Virus record (IMG/VR): IMGVR_UViG_3300032236_001645
Span: 15,751-79,750 of that record
Source of the DNA: a virus
Length of the DNA: 64,000 bases
Strand: one strand, 5' to 3'
Part shown: in pieces, positions 19,253 through 30,600 of the stretch
Layout of the letters: every line of letters begins with the position of its first letter
Numbering within the stretch: position 1 is the stretch's first letter
Program-made: the position numbers and the translations under genes
Notes under the pieces: generated by a model
Databases searched by the model: none
The model's input: the letters and a program-made list of their open reading frames with translations, nothing else
Told to the model about the DNA's origin: nothing

Positions 19253-21513
19253 TAGATACTTGTTACATCACATTGTGCCCCACTACAACTTTGTGCTGCA
19301 AAGTCTGAAATGTTCTTGTATTGTGGTTTATCCAAAATTTCACCAAAGTTTACTTCTTTAAATTGACGAGTAATGGTTTCCCACTTATAAAATAAGTGAA
19401 CGTCTTTTAAACAATAAACCATTTTCTTTAAATCGTTTTTGAAATAATTCTTAGCAAATTTCTTCGCTCTTTGTAACCAATATTCTTTTAGTAATACTTG
19501 TTCTCTCGTTCCTGTTAAAGGAATACTTCTATCTAATAAAGTATCACAAGCTAACCATAAATTTTGTCCAAAGTAATGTAATCCATCAATAATTAAACCT
19601 GAAGCAAGTATTGAACCTTTACCATATGTTTCAACAATTTCATCAAGATTCAACACCGATGTAAATGGTGCTTGGTTGAAGTCTTTATCACCATAATCGG
19701 AAATAAAACTTACCGCTGTAAAGAAATCTCTTTGTTCCCAAATATAATCAACAATCGCATCTTTATTATCAATAATAACGGTACATGATGTATTATGATT
19801 AACTGGCATATATGTACACAATTCAGGATTAGTTCCAGCATTTACCCAATGTTGTTGTACCAATTTAATCAATTCAAGGTGTTTAATTCCTTTCATATCT
19901 TTTTTGAATAAACCGTTCTTTGGATTTTCAACAGGAACAAATACAACATAATCACTCTTAGTTGAACTCCATACACTTTCTTCTAATAAGAATGGCATAT
20001 TTTCAGTCAACCATTTTGCAGTATTACTTTCTTTATTCAACTGCATAATACGGAAATATTTCTCAGAATGTTCAGGATGTATACCTGATGCAGTACCTAA
20101 TACAACTGATGCATTACCCGATGGTTTAACACAAGTAGTTCTTGCCGCTTGATTAATATTAATAACCGCAGCAACTTCTTTGTTTGTGTCTTTAACCATT
20201 TGTGCACCCTCTTCTAACAATTCAGCATTAAATAATTTAGGGTTATTCATCCAACCTGTAATACTAACACCTAATAAAGCTTCTCTTTCAAAAATTGCTT
20301 TACTAACAGGTCCTAAATAAGGAAACTCAGTGTAACCAGCTTGTAAAGTACCTAAAATAGATGCGTCTCTACATGCTCTTAAAAATTTATCTTTTGTTAA
20401 ACATTTTTCTGCATTAATTTCAGTTAAGTTACAACCTTGTATACCAAATTTTTCTTTATTATTTTTTACATAATCTTCAACATCATCATAATGTATCTTT
20501 CCAAAATCAATATTATCTAATACAGGTATTTTTAAAATTTCAAAACATGGATTGAACATATCAAACCAACTATTTGCAAATACAAATCCAATATCGTTTG
20601 CTCCATCATTCAATTGTACTAAGTAATTAAATTGTTCTTTTTCAACTTCACTTCTTAATAATAAAACTGAGTTATTACTTCTACCTCTTTGTGGGTTTTC
20701 CATTCTCCAATTACCAGTCTTAGCGTGAATCATTTCAGTATCGTTAGGATCGACAATCATATTTAATGCTGAACGTCTAACACCTCCTGATAACACCGCA
20801 TCTGCTGAATGACAAATAATATCAAATGCTAAAATTGGACGAATTTTATTACCTTCAGTTGTAATCCATTTTTCAATTAATTGTTCAATTTTTTCCAATG
20901 ATTGTTTTAAACCATCTGCACCTGGTGCTTTAAATCCACCACTAATAAATGCACCTTTTTCTCTAATATAAGAATAATCAAATTTAATTTCATAACCAGC
21001 ATATTCAGGGAATGGTTGATTATCCGCAAAATATGAAGACAATAATACACCTAATGAATCTGCCCAACCCTCAATACTATCTTCAATATAAAATGTTTTA
21101 GTACCTAAAGTTCTTTTTTGTAATTTACTCAAATTGTTAACGAAAGGAATTAACAATCCACCACCAAATCCACAACCAGACAATGCTAAATAGAAAATTT
21201 CTTGGAATACTCTATTACGTGCAATATGTCCTGAAGTACAGTTAAACATTCTCGTATTATGTTTCATGATTTGTTCATGTCTGTACTGTAAATTTCTTTG
21301 TGATGCTAACACAGCTTGATCTTTCATACTTTCAACCGCCGATTGTAAATAAGGTTCAACCTTATCAGCAAATTTTTTGTATTTGATTCTATGTCCATCA
21401 ATTATGTTCTCACATGCGTCTTCCCATGTTTCGTACCTTTGTTCGTCTTCTTTCCATTTAAAATAATCCGAGTGTAACTTCAAGTCACTCAGAAATTTTT
21501 TACCTTTCTGCAT
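19252..21513 (-). CDS. nrdJ: Ribonucleotide reductase, probably class II (adenosylcobalamin-dependent)
   Basis: FNC, GGVRRSA, NPCFEI, GCNLTEIN, TCVKPSGN and C-terminal CSGAQC; no beta-subunit gene adjacent. Confidence 0.8.
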   Translation of the reverse strand: MQKGKKFLSDLKLHSDYFKWKEDEQRYETWEDACENIIDGHRIKYKKFADKVEPYLQSAVESMKDQAVLASQRNLQYRHEQIMKHNTRMFNCTSGHIARNRVFQEIFYLALSGCGFGGGLLIPFVNNLSKLQKRTLGTKTFYIEDSIEGWADSLGVLLSSYFADNQPFPEYAGYEIKFDYSYIREKGAFISGGFKAPGADGLKQSLEKIEQLIEKWITTEGNKIRPILAFDIICHSADAVLSGGVRRSALNMIVDPNDTEMIHAKTGNWRMENPQRGRSNNSVLLLRSEVEKEQFNYLVQLNDGANDIGFVFANSWFDMFNPCFEILKIPVLDNIDFGKIHYDDVEDYVKNNKEKFGIQGCNLTEINAEKCLTKDKFLRACRDASILGTLQAGYTEFPYLGPVSKAIFEREALLGVSITGWMNNPKLFNAELLEEGAQMVKDTNKEVAAVININQAARTTCVKPSGNASVVLGTASGIHPEHSEKYFRIMQLNKESNTAKWLTENMPFLLEESVWSSTKSDYVVFVPVENPKNGLFKKDMKGIKHLELIKLVQQHWVNAGTNPELCTYMPVNHNTSCTVIIDNKDAIVDYIWEQRDFFTAVSFISDYGDKDFNQAPFTSVLNLDEIVETYGKGSILASGLIIDGLHYFGQNLWLACDTLLDRSIPLTGTREQVLLKEYWLQRAKKFAKNYFKNDLKKMVYCLKDVHLFYKWETITRQFKEVNFGEILDKPQYKNISDFAAQSCSGAQCDVTSI

Positions 21514-21534
21514 TTGTTTCCTAATTTTATGTTT

Positions 21535-22911
21535 TTATTTATTTAATAATTCTTGTCTCTTTTTGTAAGCTTCAGCAGCTCTATTCACGTTCTTTTGAGC
21601 TTGTTGCTCTTCATGCCCCAATAATGTATTTTGGGATTCGGTATCAATAACAAGGAACTCATTATTGAATTTACAGTTTTGGAATACAACACCATCTCTA
21701 CCTATACGAGATTTTAATAAAGTAAGTGTTGCCAAATTATTGTCTTTTTGTTCTAAAGTCTTACCGATAGATAATATAACGTGTGCAATTTGTGCCTTTT
21801 TGATTGAACCACCCATTTGATCTCCTGTTACAACTTCACTTGAAATAGATTCACGATTACCTTGTGTTGCCGTCCATATTGCCATTTCAAATTCACTTGT
21901 CATTGATTCTAAACTTCTCATAATTGAACCTTCTCCTTTCCATTCTTCACCAAATGTACTTCTTTCAGGTGAAATACAATCCACATAGTCGATTACTAAT
22001 AAATCAACTTTAGTAGGATTTTCTGAATTCATTTTTCTGATTTTATTTTTAATTTCAGAAATAGTAACATTATCACTAGCCAATTTTAATAATTTCAAAC
22101 TTCCTTTAGAACGAGCCTGAGCTTCTTCTACTTTTTGTTTTACTTCATCCTTAAATTCAGGTTGTGAATCAGGTGCAATTTCAGTCCAAATTGTATAGTG
22201 TTTTCTTTTAATATTACCTGGATTATCTTCAAAGAAAATCTGAACGACATTGTAACCTAAGTTATATGCTGTATTAGCAAATTTAGTTAATAAGGTTGTT
22301 TTACCAGTACCAGTTGGTGCCAATACAACCCCTAATTCTCCGATTCCTAATCCACCTTTAAGTAAGTTATCAATTCCCACAATACCTGTCGGTAATGGGT
22401 GTCTAAAGTCCTTTTCTAACGCTCCATCTATATCATGAAATACATCCGTTGCTTCATCACTTGTTATACCAACTTGTAACGCTTTTTGAATGATTTCTTC
22501 AATCTTACTATAAGCCTCAAATTCACCACTATCTATAATACTTTGTACACTTTTCAATTCTCTTTTTAAATTCTGTTGTTTACAGAAATTCATTGCAGTA
22601 TCTTTAACATACTCAATTTGTTGTTCGTTATTTTTAATTGCATCAAGTGTATCAGTATGTACTTTAGAAGAAGATGTGTTACCATTTTCAGCCATTATTT
22701 TCTGTGCAATTGTATTGTAATCGGGAATTTTATTATAATTCTTATATAACTCTTTCATGTTTTCCATGATGAATCTAAATGAATTATTTTCAAAATATTT
22801 GCTTTCTAATACGTCAATAATTGTCTCACCGTATTTTTTGTCTTCAATGATTGCCTTTAGTAATGATTGTTGAAATGAGAAACCTAAGTATCCAAAGTTT
22901 TTTTCTTCCAT
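21535..22911 (-). CDS. Replicative DNA helicase (DnaB / T4 gp41 family)
   Basis: Walker A APTGTGKT, VIDYVD, TATQGNR, KSR arginine finger. Confidence 0.9.
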   Translation of the reverse strand: MEEKNFGYLGFSFQQSLLKAIIEDKKYGETIIDVLESKYFENNSFRFIMENMKELYKNYNKIPDYNTIAQKIMAENGNTSSSKVHTDTLDAIKNNEQQIEYVKDTAMNFCKQQNLKRELKSVQSIIDSGEFEAYSKIEEIIQKALQVGITSDEATDVFHDIDGALEKDFRHPLPTGIVGIDNLLKGGLGIGELGVVLAPTGTGKTTLLTKFANTAYNLGYNVVQIFFEDNPGNIKRKHYTIWTEIAPDSQPEFKDEVKQKVEEAQARSKGSLKLLKLASDNVTISEIKNKIRKMNSENPTKVDLLVIDYVDCISPERSTFGEEWKGEGSIMRSLESMTSEFEMAIWTATQGNRESISSEVVTGDQMGGSIKKAQIAHVILSIGKTLEQKDNNLATLTLLKSRIGRDGVVFQNCKFNNEFLVIDTESQNTLLGHEEQQAQKNVNRAAEAYKKRQELLNK

Positions 22912-22940
22912 AGTAGTATTAATATATAGTTGTTTTTAAA

Positions 22941-23387
22941 TTATAGTTCATATTGTAGATAAGATGTTTCCAATTCTTCAGATGATAAAATGTCAGTTAA
23001 GTCTGACAAAATACGCTTAAGTCTTGGACGAATATCTACAGTATATCTAACCTTTGGATGGTAAAGATATGCTGGGAATATTCTTTGAATAAATACATCT
23101 TCTCCTAGCTTAATTTCCAATAAAAAGTGCTCTTTTTGCCCGTCATTTAAATCTTCCACATTCTCAGAATTCAGGATATAGTTTTGATTTTCACATAGAT
23201 AATTGGAACTTTTTATTTTCAAATCGTAAGAAATATCTTCACAAATATTTTTTACATAATAATGTAAATCCATAGAACGTCTTGCTTGATCTACATGATC
23301 TTTTACATTAAAAAATCTTTGACAGATGATGTTACCTTCTAAAGTTAAAAGGAATTCAAATTTGGTAATGTCTTGTTGATTACTCAT
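22941..23387 (-). CDS. Hypothetical protein in replication operon (148 aa)
   Basis: ORF overlapping the end of the upstream nuclease gene. Confidence 0.65.
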   Translation of the reverse strand: MSNQQDITKFEFLLTLEGNIICQRFFNVKDHVDQARRSMDLHYYVKNICEDISYDLKIKSSNYLCENQNYILNSENVEDLNDGQKEHFLLEIKLGEDVFIQRIFPAYLYHPKVRYTVDIRPRLKRILSDLTDILSSEELETSYLQYEL

Positions 23388-24414
23388 AGGTTTTAATTTT
23401 GATTATTTTTTTGTTATTGTTTTTATTATTTTTTTCTATTCTTGTTAACCGCATAAAAGGATTTAAAAAATTTATCCAAGCGTCTTCTGATTTTGGTAAT
23501 ATGTTGAATAACCCATCTTCCATCATCATTTTCATAGTGTTCTTATAAGATCTACCTTCAGGATCTAATGGTTCGTTTATTAGAAGATTAATATTTTCTT
23601 TTACTTCATCAGTTAGGAATGGTTCTTCTAAACTAACGATACGACTGTTAACCTCGAAGAACTCTTCACCGAATACACCAAATTTGGTGACTCCTGTAAG
23701 TAAATTGGCTAGTAACTTATTATGTTTATTCTGTTCAAATAAAACATTACATTTACCTTTGATTTGTTCAACAGAAAGATGTTCTGTTTTAAGTTCAGGA
23801 AAAAATGATAAAAATCTTTTTAATCCCATTCCTTTAATACCTGCGATGTTGTCGGAACTATCACCACATAACATCTTAACCAATTTCACATTTTCAATTA
23901 AGATTTCCTCGTGGTCATAAACAATCGTATCGTTTTGTTTATAAAGTTTTTGATGACTTGGATTATATACTTGCGTGTTTTCTGATAAAAGTTGCAATAA
24001 ATCTCCATCTGATGAATAAATGATTTTATTTTCATTTGGTGAGTTTTGAACATAATAAGCTATGTTATCATCTGTTTCACAAAACTCATATTCACCTTGT
24101 CTAACAAATAATTCTTCTAAATACTGTTTAACCCTATCTCTTTGATATGAATAAGAATGTAAATCTTCTTCTGTACGTAATCTTGAACGTCGATTTTCCT
24201 TGTAGTGAACATAAATTTTTCGTCTATTTTGTGAACCGTTTTCACCGTCCCAAAAAACAACAATTTTTTCTAAATGATACGTCTCAAATGCTCTTCTAAG
24301 AATATTAAGGAAATGATAGATTCCTCCAATATGTGTCCCTTTATGAAAGGCGTTTTTAACACCATAGTAACCAATCGTAAGTAAATTATCTCCATCAACA
24401 AGTAAAACCGACAT
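23380..24414 (-). CDS. 5'-3' exonuclease / flap endonuclease (T4 RNase H, PolI N-terminal domain family)
   Basis: LLVDGDNL, YKENR, ETDDNIA, SSDGDLLQL, GDSSDNIAGIKGMG (H3TH). Confidence 0.92.
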   Translation of the reverse strand: MSVLLVDGDNLLTIGYYGVKNAFHKGTHIGGIYHFLNILRRAFETYHLEKIVVFWDGENGSQNRRKIYVHYKENRRSRLRTEEDLHSYSYQRDRVKQYLEELFVRQGEYEFCETDDNIAYYVQNSPNENKIIYSSDGDLLQLLSENTQVYNPSHQKLYKQNDTIVYDHEEILIENVKLVKMLCGDSSDNIAGIKGMGLKRFLSFFPELKTEHLSVEQIKGKCNVLFEQNKHNKLLANLLTGVTKFGVFGEEFFEVNSRIVSLEEPFLTDEVKENINLLINEPLDPEGRSYKNTMKMMMEDGLFNILPKSEDAWINFLNPFMRLTRIEKNNKNNNKKIIKIKTYE

Positions 24415-24423
24415 TAAAAATTT

Positions 24424-25404
24424 TTATAGATCTGTGTCTTCTGTTACAACTTCTAAATCTGTCGCGTCTGTAACATTAACGCCTAACATCTTACTGATGT
24501 AATCACCACATTCTTTTTTATAATCCTCAATAGATTTCTTCTCTTCAGAATCTTCTCTACCTGGCATAAATCCGTGTGATGTAACCAAGATACGTCCATC
24601 TTCATATCCTAAACCATTGATATGGTTTTTCATGATAGAGATTTTTGTTCTTGTTGCTATTTTAACTTTTCTCTTATCTTTAGTGATGGAGATTTTTGTT
24701 GTTCCTGCTCCTTTTTGATTACCAAATAAGAATACAACACTTGAGTTTAACCAAATTGCTTCCCCACCTTTTGCTTTAATCTTTGGTTGTCCAAAAGGAT
24801 TGTCAGGTAATTCTACCCAAGGTTGGTTAACAATGATTAAAGTGTTTGTATAAGGTTTATCTGTTCTTCTTGAACCTGAAATACGTTGGTTGATACCCAT
24901 ACCAATTTTGTCAGCTAAAACCGACGCATTGTGTTGTTTACCACCTTTACCATCGTATGTCATTTTACATGGAACTGAACCTACAGAATCCCATAAGATT
25001 AATAAATCGTGAGGTAAATCTCCTTTCTCTTGTGCGTCCAATAATTCATTGATATAATCTGTGATTTGTTCTATGTATTCAAAATCACTATTGAAAAGAT
25101 AATCTCCGTCTTTATTAAATCCCATTAATTCCGCATGTTCCCAACTCCATTTTTGTTCTGTAATGATAAACACAGGGATAACTCCTTTCTTTTGTGCATC
25201 CACCGCCGATTTCACAAGGGCAGTTGTTTTACCCGTATCACTATGTCCCAATAACATATTGATGTGCCCCATTGCAGGACCCGGAATACCACAAGCATCC
25301 AAGAAAGCGTCACCCAAATCAAAGAAACGATCTGGTTTATATTCTGCCTCTTTTGAGAACTTCTTTTTTATTGCTGAAAAATCAGTCTTTTTTATACCTG
25401 CCAT
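24424..25404 (-). CDS. RecA/UvsX-like recombinase
   Basis: Walker A GHSDTGKT, ILWDSVG, IVNQ, KGGEAI motifs. Confidence 0.88.
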   Translation of the reverse strand: MAGIKKTDFSAIKKKFSKEAEYKPDRFFDLGDAFLDACGIPGPAMGHINMLLGHSDTGKTTALVKSAVDAQKKGVIPVFIITEQKWSWEHAELMGFNKDGDYLFNSDFEYIEQITDYINELLDAQEKGDLPHDLLILWDSVGSVPCKMTYDGKGGKQHNASVLADKIGMGINQRISGSRRTDKPYTNTLIIVNQPWVELPDNPFGQPKIKAKGGEAIWLNSSVVFLFGNQKGAGTTKISITKDKRKVKIATRTKISIMKNHINGLGYEDGRILVTSHGFMPGREDSEEKKSIEDYKKECGDYISKMLGVNVTDATDLEVVTEDTDL

Positions 25405-25420
25405 AGAATTGTTTTTAAAA

Positions 25421-25453
25421 ATGGGGTTTCTGACGTTATCTCCACCCCTCCAT
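25421..25453 (-). promoter_or_regulatory. GC-rich stem-loop between SSB and RecA-like genes (weak terminator or RNA element)
   Basis: Minus strand GGGGT-GGAGATAACGTCAGAA-ACCCC followed by ATTTTT. Confidence 0.4.
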
Positions 25454-25459
25454 TAATAA

Positions 25460-26302
25460 TTAGAACGGTAAATCAGAATCTGCTTCATCGTCTTCTTGTG
25501 GGTCAACTACAGGGGTAGATGACTTTGGTGCTGCGATTGTTTCTTCACTTGTTGAAGATGATACATATTTTTTCTGTGCATCATCCCAACGTGGTGCCTC
25601 TCCTCTTGCAACTAAGTCAAGATAATCTTCACCTTTTTTAGAATAAACATCTGACCATGTTAATTCGTCTTCCATCCATTTTTTAGCAACATCTGCATCT
25701 GCATGTAATGGACTTGGATCGTCGTTAAGAACTGAATTGATTACTGTGTACTCTTTACCTGTTCCCGCTTTTGTTAAAGATAAAGAAAGGATTAAGTCAC
25801 GTCCTGTTTCAGGATTGGTAACATCTCCTTTGTTACGGAAAATTGGAAAGATTTTGTCAATAACACCATCACCTTTGTGATTATGTTTAAATCTCCAAAA
25901 TTTAGGACCGTCAGCTTCGTGATCACGGTCAATCACTTTTACAATATAAAATTTACGAGAACGATAGTTACGAGCTAATTCTTTATCAGAATCAACACCC
26001 GTCATCATTAATCCATCATAAACCTCATTTAATGGTGAACGTTTTCCTTCTTGTGCTGGGTCATATAATTTTACCCATTTACCATCCACTTGAACTTCGT
26101 GGAATTTTACTTCTACAAATGGTGATGAACCATCTTTTGTAGGTAAGATACGAATACGTCTTTCTTCACCTTTACTACCTTTAGGTAATACAGTTGTAAA
26201 ATAACGTTTCATTCTGTCTTCTGAAGACATTTTGTTGGAATTGCCACTTGTGGCGTTTTTGTTTTTTTCGTACTGAGCAAGTACTGCGTCAAATGTAGAC
26301 AT
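25460..26302 (-). CDS. Single-stranded DNA-binding protein, T4 gp32-like
   Basis: RIRILP..DG.SPF, TGRDL, acidic C-terminus ending DSDLPF; heads the recombination/replication operon. Confidence 0.85.
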   Translation of the reverse strand: MSTFDAVLAQYEKNKNATSGNSNKMSSEDRMKRYFTTVLPKGSKGEERRIRILPTKDGSSPFVEVKFHEVQVDGKWVKLYDPAQEGKRSPLNEVYDGLMMTGVDSDKELARNYRSRKFYIVKVIDRDHEADGPKFWRFKHNHKGDGVIDKIFPIFRNKGDVTNPETGRDLILSLSLTKAGTGKEYTVINSVLNDDPSPLHADADVAKKWMEDELTWSDVYSKKGEDYLDLVARGEAPRWDDAQKKYVSSSTSEETIAAPKSSTPVVDPQEDDEADSDLPF

Positions 26303-26342
26303 AATTTAAAATTTTTAATTAATCATTAATACTAAAATATAC

Positions 26343-26374
26343 AAAAAAAAAGCCGAATTGTGAAATCCGGCTTT
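26343..26374 (-). terminator. Intrinsic terminator separating the late block from the replication operon
   Basis: Minus strand AAAGCCG-GATTTCACAATT-CGGCTTT then a long T run. Confidence 0.8.
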
Positions 26375-26395
26375 AACTATTTTTATTTATTTTTT

Positions 26396-26767
26396 TTACT
26401 CTAACGTAATCAAATATTTTAATTTGTTAAACAATCCTAACATCTCATCTCTTATGTTTAAGAGATTAGTATCAGTTTCTTCAAATTGATCAGTATACTG
26501 AATTAAAGCATCACAAACAGTATCAATCATTCCTTTTACATCTATATCAGATAGATTAGAAAGTTTAATTGTTTTGTCTTTATCTTCTAATTCAAATCTA
26601 CCGTATTTTCCCATTGCTTCTTCAACAAAAGAATCTACTAAATCATATAGTTCATCTAATGTTTCATCAAAAGCTTTATGTCTAGCATAACCAACAGTTT
26701 GCCAGTGCATAATTTTAATTTGAGATTGTAACCCCAAAAAGAAATTTATGTTAGAACTTATATTCAT
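26396..26767 (-). CDS. Ferritin/Dps-like four-helix protein (DUF5856-like)
   Basis: HWQT..YARHKAFDE..DEL..LVDSFVEE..G and L.NIRDEMLG...KLKY pattern. Confidence 0.7.
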   Translation of the reverse strand: MNISSNINFFLGLQSQIKIMHWQTVGYARHKAFDETLDELYDLVDSFVEEAMGKYGRFELEDKDKTIKLSNLSDIDVKGMIDTVCDALIQYTDQFEETDTNLLNIRDEMLGLFNKLKYLITLE

Positions 26768-27407
26768 CTACTTCCTCCTCTCCTTCTGGGTTAAATGTGT
26801 TCTTTATATCCACAGGATAGTTTTCAACTTCATCTTTAGTTAGTACATATTCGTTCTTACCACTTTTTTGCATTTCACCCATTTTGTGATCAAAAAACTC
26901 TTGTGGTTTTTCGTTAAAAGGATATGAATCTAAAGATCTCATTTCTAATTTTTCAACAGGTGTTTCAGGTTTTAATTGTTCAATTCTTGTTCCTAATTGA
27001 TCAATCTTAGCAACTAACTGATCCATTTCAGCTAATTTAGTTTCCAATTCACCAAGTTTACTAAATACATCATCCATTTTACCAATTACAGCTGAATTAT
27101 CTTGGGTATGATTTTCTAAATCTTTTTTTATACTTTTTGTCATATCCACTAAATCCGTAATATCAATTTCTTGTGTGTCTTCCCCACCTGGTGCCGCTCC
27201 GCCCATATCTGGTGCTGGTGGTGCATCAATTGGTGCTGCGTCAGTTGGAGGTGCTCCTGCTGGTGGAACATCAGGAGTTGCAGTTTCATCTCCTGCCGGT
27301 GGTGGAGGTGGAGGAGGAGGTGCCGCTTGTTCCATAATCATCGTTTTACCATATTTGTTAATGGCTTTGTAACGATTTAATTCTTCTTGTAATTTTTGTT
27401 CTAACAT
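26751..27407 (-). CDS. Hypothetical protein with Pro/Ala/Asp linker and coiled coil, possibly head-internal (218 aa)
   Basis: N-terminal LQEELNRYKAI, poly-Pro linker, heptad region. Confidence 0.6.
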   Translation of the reverse strand: MLEQKLQEELNRYKAINKYGKTMIMEQAAPPPPPPPPAGDETATPDVPPAGAPPTDAAPIDAPPAPDMGGAAPGGEDTQEIDITDLVDMTKSIKKDLENHTQDNSAVIGKMDDVFSKLGELETKLAEMDQLVAKIDQLGTRIEQLKPETPVEKLEMRSLDSYPFNEKPQEFFDHKMGEMQKSGKNEYVLTKDEVENYPVDIKNTFNPEGEEEVDEYKF

Positions 27408-27410
27408 GGC

Positions 27411-27614
27411 TTAATCTTGTAATAGTTGTCTACCGTCATTTGTGACGTATTTTTTATTAATTCTTTCTACAATTCCGTCTTTTTCTCTAATTGTGTAACA
27501 TTCTCCTGTTACTAAATCACATTCTTCTCTTTCCATACCATCATTTGATATATTTCTTACCTTTTTAGGGTTCAAAAATTTATCTACGGTATTTTTTAAT
27601 TTAATCTGTTCCAT
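27411..27614 (-). CDS. Hypothetical protein (67 aa)
   Basis: ORF with motif at 27627-27634; CDLVTGEC. Confidence 0.65.
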   Translation of the reverse strand: MEQIKLKNTVDKFLNPKKVRNISNDGMEREECDLVTGECYTIREKDGIVERINKKYVTNDGRQLLQD

Positions 27615-27654
27615 ATCGGTTTTTTATATAAATATCCCAAAAAAGTTATTATTC

Positions 27655-30600
27655 CTATTTTAACATAAAATACACTACATCACCGTCTTTTAATCCTAAA
27701 GATAACATTAATGCTTTGGATAATCCCATACCATAACCAGGTATAACAGGCCCATAATTAATAGGTCCTTTAATATTGTCTTTAGTCATAGTTGATTCTG
27801 AAAAAGGTTCCACATCTACCATAACATTTGTTAATGGATTTTTAAATGTTGTTTTAGCAGAAATAATTTTATTTGCTGAAGCAACATCTAATTGGAAATG
27901 TGTTGAGTAAAAATAATTATCAGTATTACTACTAATTTCACCCCATGTCATTGGTAATGGTGTTACTGTAAGTTTATTTAAACCCGAAGTATCCGATGGA
28001 TTAAAATTGTGGACAGTTACATTGTTTAATAAACTCATAGTAATTGAGTCTTCAATTTTATATGTACCACCTCCCATCTCTGCAACAATTGCCCTATACC
28101 AAGTACCATTATTAACTAACTGTATATTTTCCTCATTGTTATATCCATTATATGGTATACCAAATTGATCGACACCTGTTTTTAATGTTATTGATTCATT
28201 TGGAATATTTTTATTTGCTGGACCCATATCTACAGTTACTGAACCCGCATCAGTTGTTATAACTTTACCATTACCCGTAACTTCACTACCTAATTTCTTT
28301 TTAGCTTGTGCCGATTGCATGATAGAATCAAATAAAATTCTATAACTTGTAAAGAAACTATCTTTAGGATCAGGTAACGCTCTATATGGTATCCTTGAAC
28401 CTTTAAATGATGTTGTAATTCTATTTTCTCTAATTGAATGACTAACTTCTGTTATCCAATATGAACCTCTAAATAAAGGGACGTTTTTAAGATAAAAATA
28501 CATAGTAGGTTGTATCATTACATTACCCATCATTGTAACTTCACAAGTATAAGACGCTTGTCTATATATGTCAAATAATCCAATATCGACATTCATTGCA
28601 CCTGCTCCACTTTCAGAACGCCCCATACCTTCATAAACACTAAATGATTCAGTTGTATTTCTAATTGATGTCTGATCTAATTGTACACTTTTAAAGATTC
28701 CTTGATCTTGATCTCCCACACTAACTTCAAATGAAACTACTTTGTTTGATTTTGCTAAATCACCTGTGGCAAACACATCGGGTATTGTTACAAGTAACGG
28801 ACTATTTTGTCCATTAAACAAATTACCACTATCATTTTTAAATTTATACTTTTCACTAATATCTGAAACCTCTAAATGATGTGAATTAGGACCAAGATAT
28901 TGTAATATAATTTTAGGTGAAGCATCTTGATAGTCAACTTCTAAAAATGTTCCAAATATACTTTTAGCAACTTCTCTAGATGGTAATACTTTTGATTTAC
29001 CAGAAAAATTTGTACCATAAAAGTTAACATATGCCGGTAATGCTCTCATATCAAAATTAGTACCTGCAATTAACATAGAAATTGCGCTATACAAGTTTGA
29101 TTTATCGTTTCTTGGATCTTCAAATTGTATTAACTTTTTTAAGTCAATGAAAACTTTATCACCAATATCTCTATTTGCTTTATCTAAAAATAAAAATTCT
29201 TCAATTAAATTCCTTTGTCCAATAGAATTACCCGATGTCCATTTATCGTTGAATGATTTAAAGAAACTATAAGTTTCAAGTTTTAATAATGGATCATTAT
29301 AACCTGATGTTGGCGTAACCTTATCATTTGACACTCCTTTAGGTTGAAACTCGGATGAATTAATCTTGAATATTAATTGATTTAAAAACTTAGATTGTCT
29401 ATTTTGAGCTGGTAATAATACATTATCGTAAATATATTGTTGGAAAGCCGGTTTGGTGGTGAATTTATTATCTTTTAAACCTCCCGCAAATAAATAAACT
29501 AAAGATCTAAAATTTAATACATTCTCCTCTGTTACATTTATATTATTACTTTCAAAGAATTGTTGATACAATGATTCAATATCTTCTCCTATGTAAAGTT
29601 CAATATATTTTTTATTCGCCAAATAATTAGACGAAGTGAATTCATCATATCGGAAATTATTTGTGGTATTAATCTGAGCAAATCCATCCCAAACATTTAG
29701 ATTAATTTCTTTTGGGTTACCTAATGTAATTTTTATAACATTATCTGTACTTAATAATTTAGATGTAATAGTTTTTAAATTTTCAGATTGTAAATTTTTT
29801 AAATCTGTGATAATGTTTTTAATTTCTGTTGATGTAACTTTAGTCTTATCAATTGTTACTATATCTTTTAATAAATCTTGGAAATTACTATATCTTACTT
29901 TATGTACCGTTCCATTAGTATCTGTATATGTTGGGAAAGATGAATATGGAAATTCAACATTTACTCTTTCTGTTGCAAAATCTAAGAAATATGATTCAAA
30001 CTTATCTAAAATATTTGGATTAAATGTTGCAATTAAATCAATAACTTTTTTAAAACCTGAATCATTTAAAGTTGTAATATTATTTGTTAATCCTCTATTA
30101 TATTCTTTATATGTATTGAATGTGTAACCTGTAAATGTATCTTTTACAACTTCGTTTTGCCAAATAACTCTATAGTTTGATTGTTGTGTATTTTCAAATC
30201 TATTTGTTATGTTAAGGTAGTCTTCAAAATTTGCACCATCACATGGTAATAATGTATAATAACTATCTTTTGCAACCATTTTAGAGTTATCAACAAAAGA
30301 TGTGAAATATATGTTATTATCATAACCATTAATTCTATTTCTTGTATTAATAACACCCGAATCAACTTGTGATTTATATGAGTTAGTTCCTCCTGTTATA
30401 TCATAATGAGAATAACCATTAATAATTTGATGGAATACCGCGTCATAAAATGGGTGTATACCTACATCACCTCCACTACCCGGTGTTGTTTCACCATATT
30501 TTACTGTGACACCGTTAGTTCCCATAGTAAATCCTGTATAAGTAGAACCAGTTAAATTATCATTAAAGAATAAATGATTATCAATAACACTACCTAAACC

